A program made the position numbers and the translations under genes. Of a DNA stretch of 64,000 nt, positions 1 to 9,549 are shown one piece after another. How positions within the stretch are numbered: the first letter of the stretch is position 1; each line of letters begins with the position of its first letter. The stretch is from a bacterium (GTDB lineage: Bacteria; SZUA-182; DTGQ01; JAFGSM01). The notes beneath the pieces are model-generated. The model had not been told where the DNA came from and did no database searches. It saw only the letters and a program-made list of their open reading frames with translations. Location: positions 1-64,000 of the forward strand of contig JBLIRO010000018.1 of assembly GCA_049472335.1 (NCBI GenBank). The letters are read 5' to 3'.

Positions 1-12
1 TAACCTCCCAGA

Positions 13-132
13 TTAACGTATGTGGGGAGTCCTAAGGAATGTCGCCCTATCATTCGCCGTAAGGTGGCTGTACGAAGCCAAATCTGCGCTCAGGATGGCA
101 CGGAGCCGGCGCTTGTATTCCTGCGTGTTCAT
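13..132 (-). pseudogene. N-terminal fragment of a class III adenylate/guanylate cyclase-like gene
   Basis: MNTQEYKRRLRAILSADLASYSHL resembles the RRLxAILxADxxGYS start of class III cyclases; stops after about 39 codons. Confidence 0.55.
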
Positions 133-643
133 GGGATTACCCCCAAAAAACACAAAAGCCTCCAATGGGATTCTTTCCCATGAAGGCCTCAACAAAGGAA
201 ATTCAGAAAACCTCACTCATTAGAGTTTGCTCCATTAGAGGTTAATCATATGTTACGGATATAATTATTAATATTAAAACAATTTGTCGGTAAAAGTCAA
301 GTGCCACAAAGTGTTAGGCGGAACTGTAGATAACTTGCCACAATCTATAGTTTTGTAATTCAAAATCTGACTTAACATATCCACAGTACATCCTGGTATT
401 TTAAGAACCATTCATGACTGTAAAGAGATAGCAGAAATTTACAGTTGACACCGGTTTGCACATGAAATAAAAAAACCCACATTTAAAATAAACGGAAAAG
501 GCACACTCGAGGTAATATATGAAGGCCGTTTCAAGGAAGAAAATGGATCACAAGACCTTGACAATATAGGTATTGTATCAAAAAACATTATAAGCGATAA
601 GGGGATATCCCTCACACTGGGATGGTATCCTCAATTTGAAGAA

Positions 644-3223
644 ATGGCATATTGGAACCTCGAGGCCCTCATTCCACATCATTTTATGGCTATATCCGAA
701 GCGGATAAAATAGAAACAACAGACACATTCGAAGGCATCTTGTATTCATTTCATTTCCCCTACCCTTCCGATTCCGTCAATCTAGTTGCTGGACCATATA
801 TAGAACTGCGTGAGAGCTATATGGAAACCGGTTTATACGCGTATTTTTTATCTGAGGACATCTCTCTTGCAGAGGACTATTTAATATACACTAAAAAATA
901 CCTCGATCTCTATGAAAGGCTCCTCGGTCCCTATCCCTATAAAAGGTTCTCTATCGTTGAAAACATACTGCCCACGGGTTACTCAATGCCTTCATTCACC
1001 CTGTTAGGACCTGATGTAATTCGTCTCCCATTTATTAAGGAAACCTCTCTAGGACATGAAATATTACATCAATGGCTGGGAAACTGTGTATATGTTGATT
1101 ACGAAAGCGAAAATTGGGTTGAGGGGGTTACATCATATCTGTCGGACCATCTCTATGAGGATCAAAAGGGTGAGGGATGGCAATACAGGAAAAAGATCCT
1201 CACGGACTATAAGAGCTACGTTACGGCCTCTAAGGAGTCACCTCTCAAAGGATTCACCGGAAGGAAGGATTTCGCGTCAGCGGCTATAGGATATGGAAAG
1301 GGGGCTATGGTTTTTCATATGCTGAAAAACCTTCTGGGTGAGGATATATTTTTCGATTCATTACGGAAACTCATCCAGGATAAAAAATTTACAAAGGCAT
1401 CATGGACAGATCTGCAAAACGCCTTTGAGGTGATTTCAGGCGAGGACCTTGAATGGTTTTTTGATCAATGGCTTCTCAGGAAGGATATCCCGTCACCGGA
1501 GCTAAAAGACATAAGAGTGATTATGTTAAAGGGGATTCCAACCATTTCCTTTGATGTCCTTCAGGAGGGAGAGCCTTATGATCTTACCCTGCCCTTCAAA
1601 ATCTTTACCGAAAACGGAGAGGTAACGGATGCCCTGAGGATAGAAAAGGAAAGGGAAACCTTCCAGATACCTGTTGAAGAAAAACCTTTACGGATTGTTT
1701 TTGATGAAGGTTATGACATAATGCGAAGGCTTACGGATAAGGAATTGCCACCTGTTATAGCACAGCTTTTAGGTGATGGAAAAAGGCTTATTGTTTACCC
1801 TGTAAGGGAAAAAGAAAAATATGCCGAACTGATAAACCTTTTTAAACGAGAGGGATTTGAAGCTAAAGAGGAACGGGAGGTAAGGGATGAAGATATCAAA
1901 ACCTTCTCTCTTATGGTCCTGGGATTTGAGAGCCCCATTCTAAAGAGATTATTCGGACAGATTATGAAACCGGAGCCCGGATTCAGCCTCGTAGTAGAAC
2001 GAAATCCTCTCAATACTGAAAAGGTCCTGGCCTATGCCAATGGTGATTTCAAAGAAGAGATAGATCCTGTGGCAAGGAAGATATTCCACTATGGAAAATA
2101 CTCCTTAATAAGGTTCCGGGAAGGGGAAAATATAGAAAAGCGAACAGAAGAAACGGAAAGGGGAATGGCCTTCAACCTGTATGAACCCGTACTGGGAATC
2201 GATTCCAAAAGGACAGTCAGTCTCACTGATATAATAGGAAATGTAACTAATAAGCCCATCATCTATGTCGGGGAACGACATTCAAATTACGAGGACCATA
2301 AGGTACAGCTTGAAGTCATTGCCGGGTTAAACAAAAAGGGGGAAAAATTCGCTATCGGAATGGAAATGTTTCAGACACCTTTTCAGAAAGCGCTCGATGA
2401 TTATGTCTCCGATGCAATAAGCGAAAAGGAATTCTTAAAGGAATCTGAATATTTTAAGAGGTGGAAATACGATTATCATCTATATCGCGAGATTGTCGAT
2501 TTTGCGAAGGCAAAGGGAATCCCTCTAATAGCGCTCAATCTCAGGGAGGAGATCATAAAAAAGGTAACAGAAGGAGGGCTGGACGCCCTTACGGAGGAGG
2601 AAAAGAAAGAAATCCCGCAGGACATGGATATGACCGATTATGGCTACAAGGAAAAGCTAATGGAGGTATTTAGTCTTCATAAGGAATTCCACATCAAAAA
2701 CTTCGAATACTTTTACCAGTCCCAGATACTCTGGGACGAGACTATGGCCCACTCGATCGCAGCATTCATGGCTGATAATCCCGAATACCAGATGGTCGTT
2801 CTCGCTGGGGCCCAGCATATCATATACGGCTCCGGAATACCGCAAAGGACATACCGTCTTAATAAAATGGAATATTCAACGATTATAAACGGCGAGTTCG
2901 ATGAGTTTACTTCGGATATAGGAGATTTTGTTTTTTTCCCCGGTCCTGCTTCAGCGCCCAAAGCGCCAAAACTTGGAGTCCTGCTCAAAGAGAAGGATGG
3001 GAATGTGGAGATAGAGGGCTTCAGCCATGAAAGCGCGGCACAAAGGGCAGGACTTAAAAAGGGGGATGTTTTGCTTTCCCTTGACGAATGGAAGATTGAA
3101 TCCATTGCAGACGTGAAAATCGCATTGCTTGATAAAAATCAAGGAGAGACAATAAAAACCAAGGTTTCAAGAGAGAGATTCCCTTTTATCAAGAAAGTGC
3201 TCGAATTTGACGTTTCTTTATAA
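644..3223 (+). CDS. M1-family zinc aminopeptidase fused to ChaN-like (haem-uptake) and PDZ domains; probably 5'-truncated
   Basis: HEILH...NWVEG zinc motif, YGKGAMVFHML; IIYVGERH...IGMEMF ChaN-like segment; C-terminal SAAQRAGLKKGDV PDZ; frame is open without a start codon back to 449. Confidence 0.85.
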   Translation: MAYWNLEALIPHHFMAISEADKIETTDTFEGILYSFHFPYPSDSVNLVAGPYIELRESYMETGLYAYFLSEDISLAEDYLIYTKKYLDLYERLLGPYPYKRFSIVENILPTGYSMPSFTLLGPDVIRLPFIKETSLGHEILHQWLGNCVYVDYESENWVEGVTSYLSDHLYEDQKGEGWQYRKKILTDYKSYVTASKESPLKGFTGRKDFASAAIGYGKGAMVFHMLKNLLGEDIFFDSLRKLIQDKKFTKASWTDLQNAFEVISGEDLEWFFDQWLLRKDIPSPELKDIRVIMLKGIPTISFDVLQEGEPYDLTLPFKIFTENGEVTDALRIEKERETFQIPVEEKPLRIVFDEGYDIMRRLTDKELPPVIAQLLGDGKRLIVYPVREKEKYAELINLFKREGFEAKEEREVRDEDIKTFSLMVLGFESPILKRLFGQIMKPEPGFSLVVERNPLNTEKVLAYANGDFKEEIDPVARKIFHYGKYSLIRFREGENIEKRTEETERGMAFNLYEPVLGIDSKRTVSLTDIIGNVTNKPIIYVGERHSNYEDHKVQLEVIAGLNKKGEKFAIGMEMFQTPFQKALDDYVSDAISEKEFLKESEYFKRWKYDYHLYREIVDFAKAKGIPLIALNLREEIIKKVTEGGLDALTEEEKKEIPQDMDMTDYGYKEKLMEVFSLHKEFHIKNFEYFYQSQILWDETMAHSIAAFMADNPEYQMVVLAGAQHIIYGSGIPQRTYRLNKMEYSTIINGEFDEFTSDIGDFVFFPGPASAPKAPKLGVLLKEKDGNVEIEGFSHESAAQRAGLKKGDVLLSLDEWKIESIADVKIALLDKNQGETIKTKVSRERFPFIKKVLEFDVSL

Positions 3224-3468
3224 TACAACCTTTACATTGTAATTTTATAATCATAGTGTTATAATTTTAAATAAAAAGACAAGTTTTTCATCCTGGTTAC
3301 CGCATCAAATCAATCATTGATTATTTATTAATTATTAATCCCTATTCTCTACCTTTAACAGGTATTTTAATAAAAAAGGCTGTTGAGGTCTTTTTATAAC
3401 CAAAAAGGCCTCTGTCAAGATCCAATCTTTAACATTTCTAAAAATTCACAAAAAGGAGGGGTGGACAT

Positions 3469-4224
3469 ATGCGAATTCGCAAAGCTGTTGCATTATCCTG
3501 TATCATCTTTTTGGGCATTGTCATCTTTTGTATGTATATACCGGCTTTAAGTCAATATCTTCCCTGGAGCTGGCCTCCTGCCAGCCGTTTCCCCCCCATT
3601 TCTCCCATTCCTCTGTATAATTATCCGCCAACATCATACTATCCCAGTACAGGCCCATTCACCACATCCGGATGGCCAATCTATGCATCACCTGTAGGCG
3701 CCTATAGCCCGACGCCACAGCAGCCGACCCCGACCGGAACATGTCCTGTCGGATTGGTTACGGGTTTGACTCTTGATGAAGAGTTCGGACCGGGAGCAAG
3801 CCAAATCACTCGTTGCCTTATCTTCACTTATGGCATCAAGGCGATATATCGGCTTAATCATATGGAATACACACCAGGGACGCCTATTACAAGAACCATA
3901 ATAACGGCAATAGACGACTATAGGATTACACATGGCACCACTGATTTTAAAATTGCAGCTATCATCCATTCTTCCGGGCTTCCTCTGGCACTCAATAGAA
4001 ATGCTGCCACACCACATCCCGAGGCGATCTATAATGATCAACAGCCAGTTATAGAGGACCTGATGGCAAAGGGGGTAAAATTTTACCTCTGACAATATAC
4101 CGCACGACACGGTGGTGTCAAGGCTTTTCATCTCATTCCAGGGATCCAATTCGTCACACATGCTCATACTGCAATGATGGATTTTCAAAGGATGGATTAT
4201 ATACTCATGGAACCAAATCCCTAA
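3469..4224 (+). CDS. Secreted DsrE/DsrF-like protein, probable selenoprotein (Sec at TGA 4090-4092)
   Basis: Signal peptide, Pro/Tyr-rich linker, DsrE-like GVKFYL-TGA then in-frame QYTARHGGVKAFHLIPGIQFVTHAHTAMMDFQRMDYILMEPNP to TAA 4222-4224; extension conserved in the paralogue at 17255. Confidence 0.85.
4090..4120 (+). promoter_or_regulatory. Candidate bacterial SECIS element
   Basis: Hairpin UGACA..UACCG-CACGACA-CGGUG..UGUCA directly at and after the UGA. Confidence 0.5.
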
Positions 4225-4276
4225 GAGAAGAATATTGTCAACAATATGTCAAAATAACTCTATTTCCGAAAAACGC

Positions 4277-4320
4277 ATTTAAATCAAACCCCGCAGGCAA
4301 CTGCGGGGTTTGATTTAAAT
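4277..4320 (+). terminator. Perfect 20-bp hairpin with GCAA loop, likely terminator
   Basis: atttaaatcaaaccccgcag-gcaa-ctgcggggtttgatttaaat downstream of the extended CDS. Confidence 0.75.
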
Positions 4321-4738
4321 AAAACCCTAAGAACCAAACCAAAAAATTACCGAATTTTTTTTATACCGCATTTTTTATATTGACAAAAAGCTCCATTACG
4401 AGTTATATTTTAATATATAAAAAAATAATTTTTTTACAAATATTAGCAATAAAATATCAACCTTTGATCGAGCAACGTTTTTTTCAGTATCTGTAATCTT
4501 CATTAAGTTAAATATCTTCAAGCACTTTCAAAATGCTTTTTAAGTTAGCAAAATTGATTATTAACGAAGCTAACGAGTCCTGTTCTTATATAATTTTAAT
4601 TAAATTTTATTTAATAGCGAAAAGGGGGTGACATATCATTCTGAAAAGTATAGTTAAAGTAAATTTCAGATGGTTTCTATCCTAACGGGATCTTGATTCC
4701 ATATCTTGCCAAGGATCAGAAAGCGAGGTGTAAAAAAT

Positions 4739-7018
4739 ATGAAAAACGCAATTAAAATATCATTGGCGTTCATTGTTTTGGCCGCAGCTTTATTCCTGAT
4801 CACTTCCTCGGCCACGTCTCAGTGGTCTTGGGGGATGTTGAATTTTCCTCTCTTTACCCAGCAGCCTCTTAACGTTCCTACACAAACCCTCCAGGGCGAT
4901 GTTATTATCGACAACTTTGAATATTGGGACAGCCCTTACAATCATGGCTGGGTACAGAAAGAGCCCCCCTATCCGACCTATGGATTCGGGATCGGGTATG
5001 CCACTTTTTTTAATACGGTCCTGGATCTTCAGGAGGGAAGCAGGGTGCTCGATGTGTATCGCCCGCCCTCTGTTTTCTTGCTCGGACCCGGCACATTCGG
5101 CCCCTATGCCCAGCATAGCATCATATATCCTGCCGGCGGGTGTCTGGACCTCCCAATTGAGGACACGCCTATCCTGAGCTTTAAATTCAGGGCGCCAATC
5201 GGCATCGAGCCATGGGATGTCTTCCGTTTTACTGTCCTTTTAAGCGATGAATCAGGTGTCCCTTGCGGCATAATAACCCTTGTTCCCACTCAGGCCCCTT
5301 CACAGACCCCTGCGGATAAATCGGTCTGCCCTTATCCATTTGCCGACGATGAAGCCGGCACTGTGACAGTATACATAGGCCGAGGTTTTCTCGATGGCTC
5401 GTGGCACTCGTTGTGGATCGATGTTAAAAAGCTGGCCTCTAACACCAGCTTGTCAGATTGCTTGAATTACTGCAACTTCGAGGCAGCGGGACAAATGTTC
5501 CGTCTGGATGATATCATCCTGAGAGTTGCCGAAGAACTTTTATGCGGGCCCTATTTGTTCAAGATCGGTCCGCGCTATGCACAAATATTTGAACCTTACA
5601 GATATCTATTCTTCGCCGACTACCGTGACAAATGCAGAGGACCGTCGCTGCTCAATGTCACAGACCTTCTGCTTGTGGATAAAAATGGCGCCCTTCCAGG
5701 TGAAACCGGGTATGCCATGCCCTTATTCCCTGGCATGGGATTAGAGACGGACCCGAATGTAATTAAACCCTATTGGATTGATCAGGGTGTGGATCCAAAT
5801 GCCTTTGACCCGAACAGGCCCGAGTCCCGGGAGCCAGTTGAATCCATCTCAGAGGTTGTTGGTTACTCATGGTTTCCCAATACCCTTCCGATATTCAAGG
5901 ATCCCAATTGGCGACTCGACATGAATGCGGACCCTGGTGAAGAGATACAAAACCCCGCATATCATTCCCTTGCGAGCAACCAGACCTTTCTTTGGAATGG
6001 GACCGTTGGCGGAGTAAGCGCGAGCGGGGTCCAATTCCTCGAAATCCGGCCCCTGCCCATCAATCCCTTTGACGGTATGCCCACCTATATTCCCGTGTAT
6101 GGGCCCATGAAGGTCATGGCCACAGTCAATGCATATGGCAAGCCCTTCTTTGGGCCAAATGTTGTGGCTGCATTTGAGGCCGCTCTTTACAACGCAGGAT
6201 TCTCACATTGGCCGGGTATTGCCTATCTGGATTTCACTCCTTATGTATTTGAGGATATTATTCTTTCGATAGAGGTATCCAATGGCAGGACTTCGGATAT
6301 GGAGACTTTTCCCATTTCGGTCGTCAACTATCCTGTCGAGAATTATCCTCCCCACATAGAGGATGTGGATAATCCCATGTTCATGACTGGCAAAACCGGG
6401 ACCTATGCCCTTAGCGTAATCGATCCCGACTGTACCATATTCTCCCTGTCCTCTACGCCTGCAACCACTCACACACCGATGACCTTCGGCACCTTCAGAG
6501 AGGATATGAGCGGCATAAAATGGAGCTTGACACATCACCATAATAGTGTGATAGCTTATCAGTATGGCCCTTGGATAGACAGCATACTCGACCCATGCAC
6601 TGGTATGATAAGCTTCACGCCGAAGTTTGAAGGCCATATACATCTTAGCGTTGTGGCAACAGATCCATTGGGGGCGTCCGCAATGACCATGTTTATGATA
6701 ATGGCACATACTCAAGGGACATGGCTTAATCATCCGCCACATATTATGATGGATTGGGAACATCCGCAGGTCATATTGGCCGGGGAAGAGCTGATACTGA
6801 CAGAGCCTGATTTGCGTGTTATGGACCCGGACGGAGACGAGATCTATTTCTCGTGCAATATCGGTTCCTGCGGAAGGACAGCTTCAGGCAAGATCATGTG
6901 GACTTTTACGACAAACTTCCCGGGGAACTACCTTGCTGAAATCGTATTTTTCGACATCAGGGGCGGATATTCCATAGTAACCATTGACATTATAGTAAAG
7001 CCCTGGTGGAGCTATTAA
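4739..7018 (+). CDS. Large secreted hypothetical protein with C-terminal Ig/cadherin-like repeats
   Basis: ATG 4739 after gaggtg RBS; signal peptide ..ATS|QWSWG; NYPP..DPD and NHPP..DPDGD motifs. Confidence 0.75.
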   Translation: MKNAIKISLAFIVLAAALFLITSSATSQWSWGMLNFPLFTQQPLNVPTQTLQGDVIIDNFEYWDSPYNHGWVQKEPPYPTYGFGIGYATFFNTVLDLQEGSRVLDVYRPPSVFLLGPGTFGPYAQHSIIYPAGGCLDLPIEDTPILSFKFRAPIGIEPWDVFRFTVLLSDESGVPCGIITLVPTQAPSQTPADKSVCPYPFADDEAGTVTVYIGRGFLDGSWHSLWIDVKKLASNTSLSDCLNYCNFEAAGQMFRLDDIILRVAEELLCGPYLFKIGPRYAQIFEPYRYLFFADYRDKCRGPSLLNVTDLLLVDKNGALPGETGYAMPLFPGMGLETDPNVIKPYWIDQGVDPNAFDPNRPESREPVESISEVVGYSWFPNTLPIFKDPNWRLDMNADPGEEIQNPAYHSLASNQTFLWNGTVGGVSASGVQFLEIRPLPINPFDGMPTYIPVYGPMKVMATVNAYGKPFFGPNVVAAFEAALYNAGFSHWPGIAYLDFTPYVFEDIILSIEVSNGRTSDMETFPISVVNYPVENYPPHIEDVDNPMFMTGKTGTYALSVIDPDCTIFSLSSTPATTHTPMTFGTFREDMSGIKWSLTHHHNSVIAYQYGPWIDSILDPCTGMISFTPKFEGHIHLSVVATDPLGASAMTMFMIMAHTQGTWLNHPPHIMMDWEHPQVILAGEELILTEPDLRVMDPDGDEIYFSCNIGSCGRTASGKIMWTFTTNFPGNYLAEIVFFDIRGGYSIVTIDIIVKPWWSY

Positions 7019-7029
7019 TCATATCTTTT

Positions 7030-7082
7030 AATCAATCAAAAAGGGGGCAACGGTTAATCCGTTGCCCCCTTTTTGATTGATT
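7030..7082. terminator. Bidirectional intrinsic terminator
   Basis: Perfect 24-bp inverted repeat with A/T tracts between convergent genes. Confidence 0.85.
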
Positions 7083-7139
7083 CTCATAAAATATTTACTC
7101 TGGTTACTATGGGATCACACAGTCTTTATTTTAATAACC

Positions 7140-7784
7140 CTATCTCAATTTAAACCTTATCGTTCCTGATACACGAGGTATAAAGGGATAATGGTGGCAT
7201 AAATATCCTGAAAGAGAAGCACATTCTACCCTTCTTAAAAACATAAACGAACTGCCCCAGGTTGGTATTAGATGTATTCCCTCCCCTGAATTAAAATCAC
7301 TTCCTACCCAGGCGATTAATGCAGTTTGATCTCCACCAAGATCACAGTCGAACAGGTCTGCGGGAGGGCAGTTGCATCCCATACCTCCGATTCCACAATT
7401 TTCTGAGGTATCCAGATACCAGTATACATCATAAAGATTCATTTCTTCCATTTTCAGAACCATTGTTCTCCAGGCATAATACCCTGACGTGAATAATATG
7501 ATCATGCGAAGGGATATTATATCGTTTGTTCCTCCACAAACCTCTATAGCATTGTAACCTTTAAAGTCTAACACGGTTGAAAACAATCCCACCTCATCTC
7601 CATTAGAATTAATAACACTGCCCAAAAACCTTGCTCCGACCCTTGTCTCTTCATCTATATTATTTCCTTTAGCAATCTCATAGCCCTTTAAAGTAAATTC
7701 TACATAATTATCCTGTCCCCAGGCAGACTGTAGTGCAAAAAATAAGATACAAAATATAAGCATTACAAAACATAATTTCTTCAT
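7140..7784 (-). CDS. Secreted hypothetical protein with Cys-rich patch
   Basis: MKK signal peptide ..AWG|QDN; RBS aaggggtg; CGIGGMGCNCPPADLFDC. Confidence 0.7.
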   Translation of the reverse strand: MKKLCFVMLIFCILFFALQSAWGQDNYVEFTLKGYEIAKGNNIDEETRVGARFLGSVINSNGDEVGLFSTVLDFKGYNAIEVCGGTNDIISLRMIILFTSGYYAWRTMVLKMEEMNLYDVYWYLDTSENCGIGGMGCNCPPADLFDCDLGGDQTALIAWVGSDFNSGEGIHLIPTWGSSFMFLRRVECASLSGYLCHHYPFIPRVSGTIRFKLR

Positions 7785-8257
7785 GACGATACACCCCTTA
7801 AATAAAAAACCTGTAGTTGCCTTTAAGTATATATTTTTTAAGGACAGACGACGGTTAGCTCATAATAGGATATTCTTCGCCCTATTAGGAGCGATATGAG
7901 CAGTATTTGAGTTGCTTCTCCATGAAGGACCTCTTGATCAGGAATATTTAAAAATCAAATTAAGTTATTTAAGATGATAATCACTGTTCTCTTAAATTGT
8001 AACTTAAACACTGCTTATTTTTTAATTTTAAAATCAAAATATTGTAGTGATATATTAATATTTTTACAATATCTTTAAATAAAGTCAAGCATCTTATCTA
8101 CGGTCAAAGTATAGGTTTATAACTTCCGAAAAGAATATATATGCCTAAAAATCTATTCTAATTTAATGATTTGTTTTTAAAATGAAAAAATAAGCTTAAA
8201 TATTTTATGTTAACCCATTTAAAATACCAATAAAATCTTCTTAAGGAGAAACTCATT

Positions 8258-9469
8258 GTGCCAAAGGATCTTTTAGGTTTTCAGGGAAACAAAAACAGGC
8301 TGTACTTCGATGCATTGATGAAACAATGCGATATAAATCTTGAAAAAATGGATCGGGATCTTCCCCCGCCAATGGAAAATTTGGATAAATCTCTTGAATT
8401 AAAAGGGATTAGCCGCCGTGACTTTTTAAAATGGTCTTCCATAATGACTACTGCATTGATGCTTCCTCCTGTTTTTAAGAAAAAAGTAGCCGGTGCGGCA
8501 GAGATGCTTAACCGTATTCCTGTCGTATGGCTCAATTTTATGGAATGTACGGGATGTACGGAAGCGGTATTGAGAAGTACGTATCCTGATATTGATGAAC
8601 TCATCTTAGAAACACTTTCCATTGAATATCACGAGACATTACTTGCAGCATCAGGTTATCAGGCAGAAGAATGTTTTAAAGAGGCATTGGAAAAATTTCC
8701 CGGAAAATTTGTCTGTGTAATCGAAGGGGCTATCCCGGTTAGGCTGGGCGGTAGATATCTCACCATAGGCGCTGAGGGCAAAACAGGGCTTGAAATTGCC
8801 AGGGAGGCCACTTCAAAGGCTGCAATGACCATATGTATAGGCTCATGTTCCTCCTTTGGAAACCTTCAGGCAGCCCATCCGAATCCGACAAAAGCCAAAG
8901 GTATTAGTGAAGCCCTGGGGATCAGCACGGTAAATATTGCAGGTTGTCCTCCGAATGGGGCAAATTTTGTCGGCACCCTGCTTCATTACATACTTTTTGG
9001 AGGTCTTCCGGCGCTTGACAGGCTTGGACGGCCTCTTTGGGCCTATGGCAAGAGGATCCACGATTTTTGTGAACGAAGGCCTCATTATGATGCCGGTGAA
9101 TTCGTGGAAGAGTGGGGAGATGAAAACGCAAAAAGAGGATGGTGTTTGTATAAGGTTGGCTGCAAAGGGCCTTATACCTATGCGAATTGCAGTAAGATCC
9201 GTTTCAACCAGGGCGTATCATGGCCTGTAATGGCTGGTCATGGCTGTATAGGCTGTACGGAACCTGATTTTTGGGACAAAATGGCCCCCCTTGAACAGCC
9301 AATCCATGAAGATAATATACTGCCTCCGTTCGGGGGTGTGGAAACAACCGCTGACAAAATAGGTGTTGGTCTGGCAGCAGCAACTGCGGCAGGTATCGGA
9401 GTGCATGCCATAGGCAGTGTCATAAGGAGAAAAAATGGCAAAGACACCGATACCGGTGACAGGGAATAA
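8258..9469 (+). CDS. hyaA: [NiFe] hydrogenase small subunit (group 1, Tat-exported, membrane anchored)
   Basis: SRRDFLK Tat motif, ECTGC, GCPP, HDFC, CLYKVGCKGP, C-terminal TM helix. Confidence 0.97.
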   Translation: MPKDLLGFQGNKNRLYFDALMKQCDINLEKMDRDLPPPMENLDKSLELKGISRRDFLKWSSIMTTALMLPPVFKKKVAGAAEMLNRIPVVWLNFMECTGCTEAVLRSTYPDIDELILETLSIEYHETLLAASGYQAEECFKEALEKFPGKFVCVIEGAIPVRLGGRYLTIGAEGKTGLEIAREATSKAAMTICIGSCSSFGNLQAAHPNPTKAKGISEALGISTVNIAGCPPNGANFVGTLLHYILFGGLPALDRLGRPLWAYGKRIHDFCERRPHYDAGEFVEEWGDENAKRGWCLYKVGCKGPYTYANCSKIRFNQGVSWPVMAGHGCIGCTEPDFWDKMAPLEQPIHEDNILPPFGGVETTADKIGVGLAAATAAGIGVHAIGSVIRRKNGKDTDTGDRE

Positions 9470-9549
9470 TGAAATGAGATTTATACCTGCCATGACCACA
9501 ATAATAAATAATTATATAAAAGGTTAAAAAAGAATATAAGGGGAATAAT

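Noticed and set aside
4090..4092. Genome-wide UGA reassignment (code 4 or 25)
   Set aside because: TGA terminates complete genes here (e.g. 18991, 22926, 26270, 33005) and long conserved genes have no internal TGA; read-through is site-specific
3688..4188. Antisense/overlapping ORFs in the track (e.g. 3688-4188, 6203-6763, 37922-38458, 57831-58331)
   Set aside because: Shadows of well-supported genes on the other strand, with no motifs or RBS
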